From contig JBBSQY010000024.1 of the NCBI GenBank assembly GCA_038243585.1, positions 1 to 47,009 of the forward strand: DNA of 47,009 nucleotides. The letters run 5' to 3'. Of the stretch, positions 8,763-17,914 are shown one piece after another (within the stretch, counting starts at the first letter, position 1; each line of letters opens with the position of its first letter). The notes under the pieces are model-generated. The model made no database searches and was not told where the DNA came from. It worked only from the letters and a program-made list of their open reading frames with translations. The DNA comes from Candidatus Sumerlaeales bacterium (GTDB taxonomy: Bacteria; Sumerlaeota; Sumerlaeia; Sumerlaeales; Sumerlaeaceae). The position numbers were made by a program, and so were the translations under genes.

Positions 8763-9803
8763 ATGATATCACGACTTTGCATGGCTTCACTTCTCATTGC
8801 CGCAATCGGACCGGCCGGCCATATCTACGCCCAAATGGACGTTCCAATTGCCACAACAGCCACAATCACATCCTCGAAAACTGTCGCAGGGCGCAATCCC
8901 ATTCGGCTGACAGACACCCCGGATCCGGGAGTTGTACGCGCAAACGGAAAATGGTATGTCTATCACACGTCGGGCTGGAACACGGACGCGCGGTACCCCA
9001 TCCTGGTTTCCGACGACCTGACTTCATGGACGCAGGTTGGCAATATTTTCGAAGAAGGCCATACCCCGCCATGGGCGTCAAAAGCCCGCAACTGGTGGGC
9101 GCCCGAGGTCCATAAAATCAATGACAAATACGTCGCGTATTTTACCACCAGGGAAGACAGCACAGACCGGTTTGTAATAGGCGCCGCCATAGCGGATCGC
9201 CCGGAGGGACCTTTTGTAGACGTCGGCGAACCCATCCGGCGTACCGATGGTGTGGGACTGATAGACGTGAACTACTTTAAAGACCCAAAATCTGGCCGGC
9301 AGTACATTATCTGGAAGGAAGACCGCAACGATTTCAACCCCCAGGAGCCTACGCCGCTGATCATGCAGGAAGTGACCACCGACGGGCTTAAGATGCTGGG
9401 CAAACCACGAGAACTGCTTCGGAACGATCAACCGTGGGAGGGGGTCCTGGTCGAGGCACCAACCTTGATCCACCATAACGGATGGTATTACCTGTTCTAC
9501 AGTGCCAACATCTTTACGGATGACGCCTATTCCGTTGGCGTGGCGCGGTCTCGGGATGTGTGGGGGCCTTACGTAAAATACCCAAAGCCGATTTTATCCC
9601 ACGACGTTTATTTCAGCGGACCTGCCCACCAGTTTGTCATTCAGGATGAGAATGGCGTGTGGAATATGTTTTATCATGCGCGGGTGAAAAGCATGCAGCA
9701 GCGCCGATACCTTATGCACGATGTCATAAAGTTCAACTCAGACGGTTGGCCCGTAATTAACGACGGACATCCCGGACCACCGATCAAAAACCTTATCCAA
9801 TAA
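8763..9803 (+). CDS. Exported glycoside hydrolase, family 43
   Basis: Signal peptide; PDP, WAPE, GPF, ID and EAP motifs of the five-bladed propeller. Confidence 0.88.
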   Translation: MISRLCMASLLIAAIGPAGHIYAQMDVPIATTATITSSKTVAGRNPIRLTDTPDPGVVRANGKWYVYHTSGWNTDARYPILVSDDLTSWTQVGNIFEEGHTPPWASKARNWWAPEVHKINDKYVAYFTTREDSTDRFVIGAAIADRPEGPFVDVGEPIRRTDGVGLIDVNYFKDPKSGRQYIIWKEDRNDFNPQEPTPLIMQEVTTDGLKMLGKPRELLRNDQPWEGVLVEAPTLIHHNGWYYLFYSANIFTDDAYSVGVARSRDVWGPYVKYPKPILSHDVYFSGPAHQFVIQDENGVWNMFYHARVKSMQQRRYLMHDVIKFNSDGWPVINDGHPGPPIKNLIQ

Positions 9804-9901
9804 CGTTTTCCGCTTGCCTTGGTTTTTTCTTCCGTAAGAGCTGCACGTTTCCCGAGGATTCGGGTATAATAATTTTACAAGCCCAGCGAAAGGTATCGTC
9901 T

Positions 9902-10321
9902 ATGTCTGCTGACGAAAAAACAGGAACACTCCCCGCGGAACTCCCGGAAGTGTTTGAACACGACAACGGTCGTATAACGCTAAAGGATGATGTCGTCGCC
10001 TTTATTGCCACCATTGAAATGGTAAAGGTGGAAGGCGTAAGCACCATAAGCGGCCGCAGCAGCATTAGTGATTACGACGGAGCGCGCAGCAAAGACGTTG
10101 AAAAAGGCGTCACGGTAAAAATTGAAAACAACCATTGCTCCGTCGCTGTTGACGTTAACATCAAATACGGCTCCAACGTTTATGATACGGCCCGGCGGCT
10201 TCAACGCGCCATCAAGGACGCTATTGAAAACTACACGGGGCTTGTGGTGGATAAGGTAGATGTGACAATCCAGGGCATGATTAATGAATCCGGACTTCCA
10301 ATGCCCGGCGTCAAAAATTAA
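9902..10321 (+). CDS. Asp23/Gls24 family envelope stress protein
   Basis: G.I...DVV..IA...V.GV...KGVTV...D..I.YG...Q.AIK.AIE.YTGL.V..VDVTI; TATAAT at 9865-9870. Confidence 0.88.
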   Translation: MSADEKTGTLPAELPEVFEHDNGRITLKDDVVAFIATIEMVKVEGVSTISGRSSISDYDGARSKDVEKGVTVKIENNHCSVAVDVNIKYGSNVYDTARRLQRAIKDAIENYTGLVVDKVDVTIQGMINESGLPMPGVKN

Positions 10322-10394
10322 TCCCCGGAACAAAACTTGCATCTACAATCGGCGCAATAACCCATAATCTTTTAACTGACAGGACGCTTCCCCC

Positions 10395-11483
10395 ATGCTG
10401 ATACTCCGCAACATAATCATAACTGTTTTATTACTGACGCTGGCCGCCATCAGTGTGGTCGGGATTATGGTGGAAGCGCCTGAAATATGGAACTGGATCC
10501 CAGCACGCATTAACGCCCTGGGGCGCAGCGTACTCACGGTTATGCGACCTGGAATGATGCTTTTCCTTATCTGGTGGCTTATTCTTCTTGCGACCCTTCT
10601 TGTATTTTTCCTGACGGTTGTGCGCCCTCGCAAGCGTATGAAGATCGAAGTGCAGATGGGTGGCGGGCGCGTCGTCATAATGGACGCCGCCATTAAAAAA
10701 TATATCCGCAATGCCCTGTCTGAACTGGGCGAAGTGACAGTGAAGAAAATTGATCTTAACGAACGTCGCGGTCTGGTAACAACGGATATAACTGCCGATG
10801 TGCGCACGAAAGAAAACCTGCCTACCTTGGAACGGCGAATCATCAGCCGGGTACGCGCAGCGCTGGCGGAAGATCTGGGCATCACAAACCTCGGCGACGT
10901 TCACGTATTTGTTCGGAACTTTGAGGTATCAGGCCGCGCAATTACGCCGGATTCCAGCCACTCACCAGTCCCGTCTGAGCCAACAGCGGCTGAGCCTGTG
11001 CCCGCTGGGCGTTTTGCCAAACCGCTTGAACACGGTAACTTAAACATGAAGGATTCAGAGTCGGACGAGCAAATCTCGCACTCTGAGAATTTGGCGAATC
11101 TTGAGTCTCCAGCTTCCGCCGCAGCATATGAATCTCCCTCCGCGGTCCCCGACGCCACACCCCTTGCGTCCCCGGTAGAAACTTCTGATGCTGCGGCAGC
11201 ACCGATAATACTTTCGGATACGGATTCGCAAAGTGATAAGATCGAAAGGGAACACCGCAGCGAGTCTTCGCTTTTTTCTGCTTCTGATGCCGCCATCGCC
11301 AACCCGGTGCTCACAGAAACCTCAGACTCGCAACCGCTTATATTGCCAGATGGTTCTTCGTCTGTAGAAAGCACCATGGCGCCAGCTCCGCATCATGATG
11401 ATCTGGACGGGCCTTTGCCCTGGGAAAAAATAGACGCTGCGAAAAAACTAGCCGATGACGAGAAAGACTTCCGCTCGCTGTGA
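10395..11483 (+). CDS. amaP: AmaP-like membrane anchor protein with long disordered acidic tail
   Basis: Two N-terminal transmembrane segments, Asp23-like domain (GRVVI..AIKKYI...DLGI...VHVFV), directly after the asp23-like gene. Confidence 0.65.
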   Translation: MLILRNIIITVLLLTLAAISVVGIMVEAPEIWNWIPARINALGRSVLTVMRPGMMLFLIWWLILLATLLVFFLTVVRPRKRMKIEVQMGGGRVVIMDAAIKKYIRNALSELGEVTVKKIDLNERRGLVTTDITADVRTKENLPTLERRIISRVRAALAEDLGITNLGDVHVFVRNFEVSGRAITPDSSHSPVPSEPTAAEPVPAGRFAKPLEHGNLNMKDSESDEQISHSENLANLESPASAAAYESPSAVPDATPLASPVETSDAAAAPIILSDTDSQSDKIEREHRSESSLFSASDAAIANPVLTETSDSQPLILPDGSSSVESTMAPAPHHDDLDGPLPWEKIDAAKKLADDEKDFRSL

Positions 11484-11968
11484 TGCCAGCGTTGCCCCGG
11501 GCCTATACTGTAGAAGAAGTTGCGAAGGAACTTGAGCCTTTACGTTCCCTGGGGAATACAATAGTTTTTACCAACGGCGTATTCGACCTTCCACACCCCG
11601 GCCATGTCCGCAGTTTGCGCGCGGCGCGGGCGCTGGGCGATGTTTTAGTTGTGGCTGTAAACAGCGACGAATCCACACGCAGACTCAAAGGGGAACAACG
11701 CCCGATAATTTCCGCAAATGAGCGGGCGAAAATATTGGCTTCCTTCGATATGGTGGATTTTGTCGTTATTTTCGACGAAGATACCCCCTTGTCAGTCGTA
11801 CAGGCCCTTCAGCCGGATGTTATCGCAAAGGGCGCTGACTATCGCAATCGCGAAGTAGTTGGCTCCGAAGCGGTAAGGGTCCGTGGTGGGCGCGTGGAAT
11901 TTCTTCCTTTTGAAGAGGGGATTTCATCTTCTACGATAATTGAACGCATTGTGCAGGCGCATCAGTAG
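11483..11968 (+). CDS. rfaE2: D-glycero-beta-D-manno-heptose 1-phosphate adenylyltransferase
   Basis: VFTNGVFDL.HPGH, VAVNSD.S.RRLKG..RP, FDEDTP, PDVIAKGADY, SSSTIIERI; TGATG overlap with the upstream gene. Confidence 0.9.
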   Translation: MPALPRAYTVEEVAKELEPLRSLGNTIVFTNGVFDLPHPGHVRSLRAARALGDVLVVAVNSDESTRRLKGEQRPIISANERAKILASFDMVDFVVIFDEDTPLSVVQALQPDVIAKGADYRNREVVGSEAVRVRGGRVEFLPFEEGISSSTIIERIVQAHQ

Positions 11969-12006
11969 GCATTAAATAATATATTTGCTTTACCAAAGAG
12001 GAAACC

Positions 12007-12555
12007 ATGCAGGAAATTGATAATCTCGATATCGGCGACAAAGTCAAACACCCTAAATTTGGAACAGGTACCGTAGTTTTCCGTACCGGCGAAGGCGACA
12101 AACAGAAGGCGACCGTTAAGTTTGGCAGCGATGTCGGCGAAAAAAAGCTACTCGTGAGCCTTGCAAAGCTGAAGGTAATCTCTGAGCGTCCGACCCTGGT
12201 CGCCGAGGCACCCGTTGAAGCTGTCGCAGGCCGCACCCTGTTGGGTAAAGTCGCTGATGAAGATGAAGACGATAACCAGGCAAAAAAAGCCGCTGGTGTC
12301 GGTGATGAAGAAGATGACGACGCTGAAGAACTCGAAATCGACGACGATGAAATGGTCGAGGACGAGGACGAGGACGATGCTGAGGTCGTGGACGACGACG
12401 ACGAACCTGTAGCCAAGCCGTCTAAAGCCGCAAAAGGCAAAAAGAGCAAAGCCGTCATTGACGATGAAGAAGATGTGGAAACCGATGACGATGACGAAGA
12501 CGATGACGGCGAAGAAGCTGACGACGACGAGGACGCTGACGAGGACGAAGAATAG
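12007..12555 (+). CDS. Stand-alone PcrA/UvrD-type Tudor domain plus very acidic C-terminal tail
   Basis: IGDKVKHPKFGTGTVV..GEGD....VKF...VGEKKLL...AKL followed by D/E tracts; SD GAGGA. Confidence 0.8.
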   Translation: MQEIDNLDIGDKVKHPKFGTGTVVFRTGEGDKQKATVKFGSDVGEKKLLVSLAKLKVISERPTLVAEAPVEAVAGRTLLGKVADEDEDDNQAKKAAGVGDEEDDDAEELEIDDDEMVEDEDEDDAEVVDDDDEPVAKPSKAAKGKKSKAVIDDEEDVETDDDDEDDDGEEADDDEDADEDEE

Positions 12556-12860
12556 TGCAGGAGATCACGCCGGAGGTTGTCCGCCACGTGGCGCTGTTAA
12601 GCCGTCTGGAACTGGCTGAAGGCGAAGCCGAAAGTTATGCGGCCGATCTCGATAAGATTCTTCATTTCGTAGAAACACTCAGTGAGCTCGATACGACCGA
12701 TGTTCCGCCTACTTCTCACTCGTTTAAGATGCAAAATGTCTTTAGAGAAGACGAAGTTCGCCCTTCGCTCACCAATGAACAGGCGCTGGCAAACGCACCA
12801 GATTCCGAAGAGGAATGTTTTAAAGTGCCCGCCGTGCTACAGGATAGCGGTGGCGCGTAG
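12555..12860 (+). CDS. gatC: Asp/Glu-tRNA amidotransferase subunit C
   Basis: V.HVA.LSRL...IL.FVE.L.ELDT..VPPT...REDEV...ALANAP....FKVP; GTG start overlaps the upstream TAG. Confidence 0.93.
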   Translation: MQEITPEVVRHVALLSRLELAEGEAESYAADLDKILHFVETLSELDTTDVPPTSHSFKMQNVFREDEVRPSLTNEQALANAPDSEEECFKVPAVLQDSGGA

Positions 12861-12917
12861 CCCGGTTGAACTGGACGTCTAACGCAGTAGATAACATTAA
12901 GAAATCTTTATAAGAAG

Positions 12918-12949
12918 AGAGGCCCCGGCTTTAAGCCGGGGCCTCTTTT
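12918..12949 (+). terminator. Intrinsic terminator after gatC
   Basis: AGAGGCCCCGGCT/AGCCGGGGCCTCT stem followed by T-tract. Confidence 0.85.
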
Positions 12950-13124
12950 ACGTTACCAGCTTAAAACCATGCGAAAAGCCCATAAGTAGGATCAGCAATT
13001 CTGGCTTCCCATGTAAACCCATAAAGCCATTGACTGCGATTCTACGTAACTGGTCATAATTTACCTGTATCTAAATGCGATCGTAATTTTCGCTGCTTTA
13101 CAAAATGACCGGAGCCATCGTTAT

Positions 13125-15074
13125 ATGTTGAACATCAGCAAGACTCAAAACGCTGTAAAGACCGCCATTTGTCTTTCCGCAACAATGCTGCTGTCCTTTC
13201 CCAGCCAAGACTGTTTCGCATCCAAAGATTTGGGAAATGGGTTTACAGATCACGGTGTCGCCACCCCCATCAGTAACCACCGGGGCACAGTATGTACCGT
13301 AGACGGCAACGGCGACAATGTGGTGTTGCAGTGGATAATGGACCATAGAGGCGGCTATGCGGTGCTGATGGTTAACGCGGAAAAGGGCGGTGCTGAACAG
13401 TTTCCCATTCCGTTCGAGAACGTTTTAAAAGACTCGCCTTTTGCCAGCATCCTATCCAGCACCAATAAATTTTACACGCATTTCGGCGACCACTTCGTTG
13501 AGTTTGATCCCATCAAACCCGGCTTTACGTTTAGCGAAAAGACGGCTACACAGATGTCGATGGGAATGACAGAGGATGACAACGGCGTTATCTGGTCGGC
13601 CACATACCCGCAAAGCGGGATCGTGGCTTTTAATCCCAAAACAAGAGAGTTTCGAGACTTCGGCCACGTTTACAAACAGAACTGGCCTCAGTATCAGCGC
13701 TATATAGCAGCGGACGATACTGGACACATCTACTTTGCCATCGGCTCAACTGCCAGCCAGATTGTTGCTCTAGACCCTGCGACCAGCACGGCTACCGCTA
13801 TACTGCCAGAGGCTGAACGGACAAAGGGTACGGCTTACGTCTTTCGCTCCATGAATGGAAAGGTTTACGGGAAGGCCAATAAAGAGGAGGGAGATTCCTG
13901 GTACGAGCTCTATAAAGGGGAAGCCCGGAAGGTCTCTGAAATTGATGAAAGAGCCAAACCGTATATAAGCGGCAGCCAGGCTCTTACCCACGCCAGCTTC
14001 CCGGATGGGTCCAAGCTGTTAGCGTGCGACCTGGTAGAGCGGAAAGTCTCTGTAACAGATCCATCCAGCACCGGCACCTCACGGACTTTGGCCTTTGACT
14101 ACACCAGTGATGGCGCGCTTATCATGGGGCTCGCAAAGGCACCTGATAACACGATCTGTGGAGGAACCTGCTTCCCCATGCGCTTTTTCAGTTATGATCC
14201 TAAAACAGATAAGATAACGAATCGGGCTGCTTACGGTCAGTGGAATACCATAACAGCGCTAAAGGATAAGTTTTATGTGGGCGGTTATCCGGGGGGATTT
14301 CTGCTTGAGTGGCTTCCTTCAAAGGATTGGGTGCCCACCGACAGCCGGAAGGCGTCATCTAATCCCCGGTTTATTGATAAGGTCAGTCCGGTCATTCATC
14401 GCCCTCACGCGTTGCTGGCGATGGCAGATCAAAACACCGTCGTCATGGGCGGCACACCGGCCTACGGTTACACGGGAGGTGGACTTGTTTTCTGGGATCG
14501 CGCCTCCAGCAGCTCCACGGTGATTAAAGACACCGACATTATCCCTGACCAAGCACCCTTCAGCCTTATTGAGCTGCCTGGCAACAAAATTTTAGGTGGC
14601 ACCACCACCGAGGCGGGCACGGGGGGTGAGCAAAAGGCGAACCTGGCAGAGCTTTTCATAATGGATGCCAGTACGAAAAAGATGGAGTGGCACGCGCCTC
14701 TCATTAAAGGCGCACAGGGATACATAGACCTGTGCGAAGCCCCTGAAGGCAATATCTACGGGTTTGCGGACAAGAAGACATTTTTCGTATTTGACCCGGT
14801 CAAGCGCTCCATCATCCACCAGGCCGACGTGTCAGTCGAACTAGGCAATACCGTATCCGACCAGGGCCCCAGAATCTTTGTTCCTGTCGGTGAGAAAGTG
14901 TACGTCATATTTGAGAAAGGCATAGCTGCCGTAGATCATGCTACTTTCGAGATCAAGCTCCTGGCGGAGTCGCCTGTAAAAATCCAAACCGGCGGCGATT
15001 ATCTGGACGGCCGAATCTATTTCGGGACGCCGTCTCACATCGGCAGCTACGATCTAAACACAGCGGCAAAGTAA
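13125..15074 (+). CDS. Exported beta-propeller repeat protein of unknown function
   Basis: Signal peptide; recurring blades such as G.IW..TYP..G.V.FNP.T, ICGGT...FF.YDP.T, G.IYG...FF.FDP. Confidence 0.75.
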   Translation: MLNISKTQNAVKTAICLSATMLLSFPSQDCFASKDLGNGFTDHGVATPISNHRGTVCTVDGNGDNVVLQWIMDHRGGYAVLMVNAEKGGAEQFPIPFENVLKDSPFASILSSTNKFYTHFGDHFVEFDPIKPGFTFSEKTATQMSMGMTEDDNGVIWSATYPQSGIVAFNPKTREFRDFGHVYKQNWPQYQRYIAADDTGHIYFAIGSTASQIVALDPATSTATAILPEAERTKGTAYVFRSMNGKVYGKANKEEGDSWYELYKGEARKVSEIDERAKPYISGSQALTHASFPDGSKLLACDLVERKVSVTDPSSTGTSRTLAFDYTSDGALIMGLAKAPDNTICGGTCFPMRFFSYDPKTDKITNRAAYGQWNTITALKDKFYVGGYPGGFLLEWLPSKDWVPTDSRKASSNPRFIDKVSPVIHRPHALLAMADQNTVVMGGTPAYGYTGGGLVFWDRASSSSTVIKDTDIIPDQAPFSLIELPGNKILGGTTTEAGTGGEQKANLAELFIMDASTKKMEWHAPLIKGAQGYIDLCEAPEGNIYGFADKKTFFVFDPVKRSIIHQADVSVELGNTVSDQGPRIFVPVGEKVYVIFEKGIAAVDHATFEIKLLAESPVKIQTGGDYLDGRIYFGTPSHIGSYDLNTAAK

Positions 15075-15098
15075 GCAACTCGGGCTTCCTACACCAAT

Positions 15099-15132
15099 AA
15101 AAAAAGATAGCCGCCCGTTTCCGGGCGGCTAT
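15099..15132 (-). terminator. Intrinsic terminator of the ferritin-like gene
   Basis: ATAGCCGCCCG/CGGGCGGCTAT stem with A-tract on the left. Confidence 0.75.
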
Positions 15133-15166
15133 TCCTATATGCGTAGTACTTAAGTGCGGCCTTAGA

Positions 15167-16237
15167 TTATGCGGGGGTGCCGGTTCCACACTGGCGTTGC
15201 GCTGCGTCTGCTGCGCCGGCCATCATGACTACGGCGTTCAGGAAGTCCGAGCTTTGGCCTTCGAACAATCCCGATTTTACAAGCGCCGTTGCAGTGGCGC
15301 CCGCGCCTGCATGTTTTGTAGAAGAAGGATGCAACACGGATGCGAGAGGCAGTCCCGGACGTAGGAAGTTCGATGGTTCCGGAAGAATCGCCTGAGAAAG
15401 ACGGTCATCTTTTTTTAGATTCGGGAACTCAGGGCTGCCATTTTTCGACTTTAGACCCGTAATGTTTTCCAGAGATTTATGGAAAGCAGCGAACTGGTAG
15501 AACTCGACCGGCCCGATGGATGCAAGAATGAGAAGGACATCGAGGCTGGTAACCTTTTGCATAAGCGAAGCGTACAGGCTGGCTCCGCCCTGTTCGATCG
15601 TGGCAAAGTGAAACGCCGCGCTCATGGCCGCCGTTTTCACGTCCCTGCCTTTTTGTTTAAACATGGTGGGGATGGTGGGCTGGCCGACAATATTGACAAT
15701 CTGCGGGTATTCATCCACGCCTGCGTCGTTGTTTCCGGGGCTGCGGTAGCGAAAATACCATCCCGTATCGACGGTCAGATGTTTCAGGCATGTAAGACGA
15801 CCCACCTGCTGCGCACCCTCAGCTTGCGAACTTGGCAACGTGCGAAACGCGTCGAGATTAACGGCGGTTTCGCCCTTTGAAACCAGGTAGGCGTTGATAA
15901 GCTGATGATGGCTTCTTTCGTTGTCGCGATCATCGTTTACATATCGCGGTATTGCCCGGTCAATTCTCTGCAACTGTTTCTGATACTGCTTGTTGTCAGA
16001 CGCCAGCTCGGCATACTGCTGCCAGAGATCGTCCTCAATAAGTTCTGCGGCCGCCAGAAATTTAAGGATATCAATGTCGCCCTGGGACGGTTCATCATTG
16101 AACGTGTCAGCGTTTGCCCTGTTCAAGCTGCCAGACATCAATCCACCCGCAAGCAAGGCTGAGCCGCCTGCCATTGTTCCTGCTCGTGTTAAAAAGGATC
16201 GGCGCGAAAGGCCATTCTTATCATTATCAATACTCAT
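15167..16237 (-). CDS. Tat-exported ferritin-like domain protein
   Basis: SRRSFL signal; DIDILKFLAAAELIE.DLW.QY, DNERSH (ExxH), IEQGG..LY. Confidence 0.8.
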   Translation of the reverse strand: MSIDNDKNGLSRRSFLTRAGTMAGGSALLAGGLMSGSLNRANADTFNDEPSQGDIDILKFLAAAELIEDDLWQQYAELASDNKQYQKQLQRIDRAIPRYVNDDRDNERSHHQLINAYLVSKGETAVNLDAFRTLPSSQAEGAQQVGRLTCLKHLTVDTGWYFRYRSPGNNDAGVDEYPQIVNIVGQPTIPTMFKQKGRDVKTAAMSAAFHFATIEQGGASLYASLMQKVTSLDVLLILASIGPVEFYQFAAFHKSLENITGLKSKNGSPEFPNLKKDDRLSQAILPEPSNFLRPGLPLASVLHPSSTKHAGAGATATALVKSGLFEGQSSDFLNAVVMMAGAADAAQRQCGTGTPA

Positions 16238-16331
16238 GTTTCTTCTCCCTTGAAACTAGATATGCCCGAAATCATGTGCCGGCAATAAGCAGAGCAAGAG
16301 GAGGCATAAGAAAACAGACTTAATACATCTA

Positions 16332-16347
16332 AGCACAGATTGTGCCA
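16332..16347 (-). promoter_or_regulatory. Sigma54-type -24/-12 promoter of the ferritin-like gene
   Basis: Minus strand TGGCACAATCTGTGCT (GG-N10-GC). Confidence 0.6.
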
Positions 16348-16434
16348 CGAATTCTCACTACACCCTGTGCCAAGAGTTTCACATTAAAGCTCTTTAGCGG
16401 CTGAAAGTCTTATCCATTCCCCAGCTTTGGCCTT

Positions 16435-16450
16435 TGGCATATCGGTTGCT
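16435..16450 (+). promoter_or_regulatory. Sigma54-type -24/-12 promoter of the DUF4142 gene
   Basis: TGGCATATCGGTTGCT (GG-N10-GC), 45 nt before ATG 16496. Confidence 0.65.
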
Positions 16451-16495
16451 CGCTTTGCTCAGATAGGATTCAAAAACTGTTTGTTTGGAGATATC

Positions 16496-17641
16496 ATGAA
16501 AACATTTCAATTGGTCGCCGCTGCGTCGATGGTGGTTGCCTTAGCATCAGAAACATCTTTAAAGGCGCAGGATGCGGCAATGGCAATGAAGGACAGCAGC
16601 AGCAGCGCCACCATGGCTTCCGTCAATAAAGCCGACGTAGACAAAATCATCGCCACGTGGCCGGAACGCCCCAAGTTGGGCGCGACGGAAATGATGGTTA
16701 AATACGGGATGCCGCAGGAAGTGACCTCTGAAAGGGTTATATGGCACAACCCTGGACCTTTCAAAAGAATTGCCGTAACCCGCCAGGAAGATCCCCACGA
16801 CTTCCCGGCACCCCACATGGATTTTATGGAACATACCATTGCGTATAAAGTTCCTGCAGATAACATCGGCGACCTGATCGCCTTCGACGGAAGCAGCACC
16901 ATTGATCGTACAGTAGGCGAACTCTCGGCGCGGTGCGATCTTGAAGGACATAACATACTCACGCTTAACCTGGACCATGATATTGTTACGGGCAAAAAGA
17001 CGGTGGAGGAAGCGCGAGAAGCTTTTGGTAAAAATGTCGTGCAAGACCTCAAAGGTGAGGCTCCCCCTTATGTAGCCAAGCTTCAATTTGAGCCTGTTGC
17101 ACCGGCCGCTGCCGCCGATCCCGGAGAATCTGTTATCCCTGGTGCGCCCGTGCGTGCCGCGGAAGCTAAAGATATGTCAGCCAGTGCTGGAGACAAAACG
17201 GGTGACGCTGAAATCCTTGCAACCGTTCTCACTATCGATAAGGGCCAAATACTTGCAGCCTCTCAGGCTCAGATGAAAAAAATAAGCGCTCCCGTTCTTG
17301 AGTATGCTAAAATGCTCCATACCGAACATGGATTGCACATGGAAAAAACCATGATGCTCGGCAAGGAAATGGACGTCACGCCAGTCATTACCGATTCCGT
17401 GGACAAGCTCCAGCAACAGGGAGCGGGAGGGCTTGCCAAGCTTGTTCCTCTGGATGGCAAAGAGTTTGAGCAGGCTTATGTTGCGGCAATGGTGAAAGGC
17501 CACACTGAAGCTCTGGCCATGATAGATGATAAGCTCCTCACCGCAACAGACAACGACAAGTTGAAAGATCACCTTACGAAAACCCGCGCAGCCCTTGCCG
17601 CACACCTTGAGAAGGTCAAGGCGCTACAAAGCGGGATGTAG
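16496..17641 (+). CDS. Exported two-domain protein with C-terminal DUF4142 (ferritin-like fold) domain
   Basis: SD GGAG and signal peptide; D.EIL...V.EYA.ML..EH...L..L.GKEFEQAYV.AMV.GH...HLE. Confidence 0.78.
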   Translation: MKTFQLVAAASMVVALASETSLKAQDAAMAMKDSSSSATMASVNKADVDKIIATWPERPKLGATEMMVKYGMPQEVTSERVIWHNPGPFKRIAVTRQEDPHDFPAPHMDFMEHTIAYKVPADNIGDLIAFDGSSTIDRTVGELSARCDLEGHNILTLNLDHDIVTGKKTVEEAREAFGKNVVQDLKGEAPPYVAKLQFEPVAPAAAADPGESVIPGAPVRAAEAKDMSASAGDKTGDAEILATVLTIDKGQILAASQAQMKKISAPVLEYAKMLHTEHGLHMEKTMMLGKEMDVTPVITDSVDKLQQQGAGGLAKLVPLDGKEFEQAYVAAMVKGHTEALAMIDDKLLTATDNDKLKDHLTKTRAALAAHLEKVKALQSGM

Positions 17642-17713
17642 TCGCTGCATCTAAAAGCACAGACTTTTAAAGCAGTGCATATGTGGCTTTTGTAATATGG
17701 ATTTAACACGGAG

Positions 17714-17755
17714 TGGGGGAGTTCGGCAGAGTGTGCCGGCTCCCCATTTTTCTTT
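17714..17755 (+). terminator. Intrinsic terminator after the DUF4142 gene
   Basis: GGGGAG..CGGCA/TGCCG.CTCCCC hairpin followed by ATTTTTCTTT. Confidence 0.7.
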
Positions 17756-17914
17756 ACGTTTTTGAAATCTTTAAGCGCTTGTCGGAAATTTACTACGAAA
17801 AACGCGTCCCATGTCGATGTAGAGTGCCGTTGTAATCATAGCTGATGGACGTACGCTAAGCCGTTAGGATAAGTGGTCGCATCAGCTAAATCCTAAAAAG
17901 CTTAGTCAGGTCTG

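Noticed and set aside
11931..12587. 218-aa poly-Ser ORF on the minus strand
   Set aside because: Antisense shadow of the GAC/GAT/GAA codons of the acidic protein.
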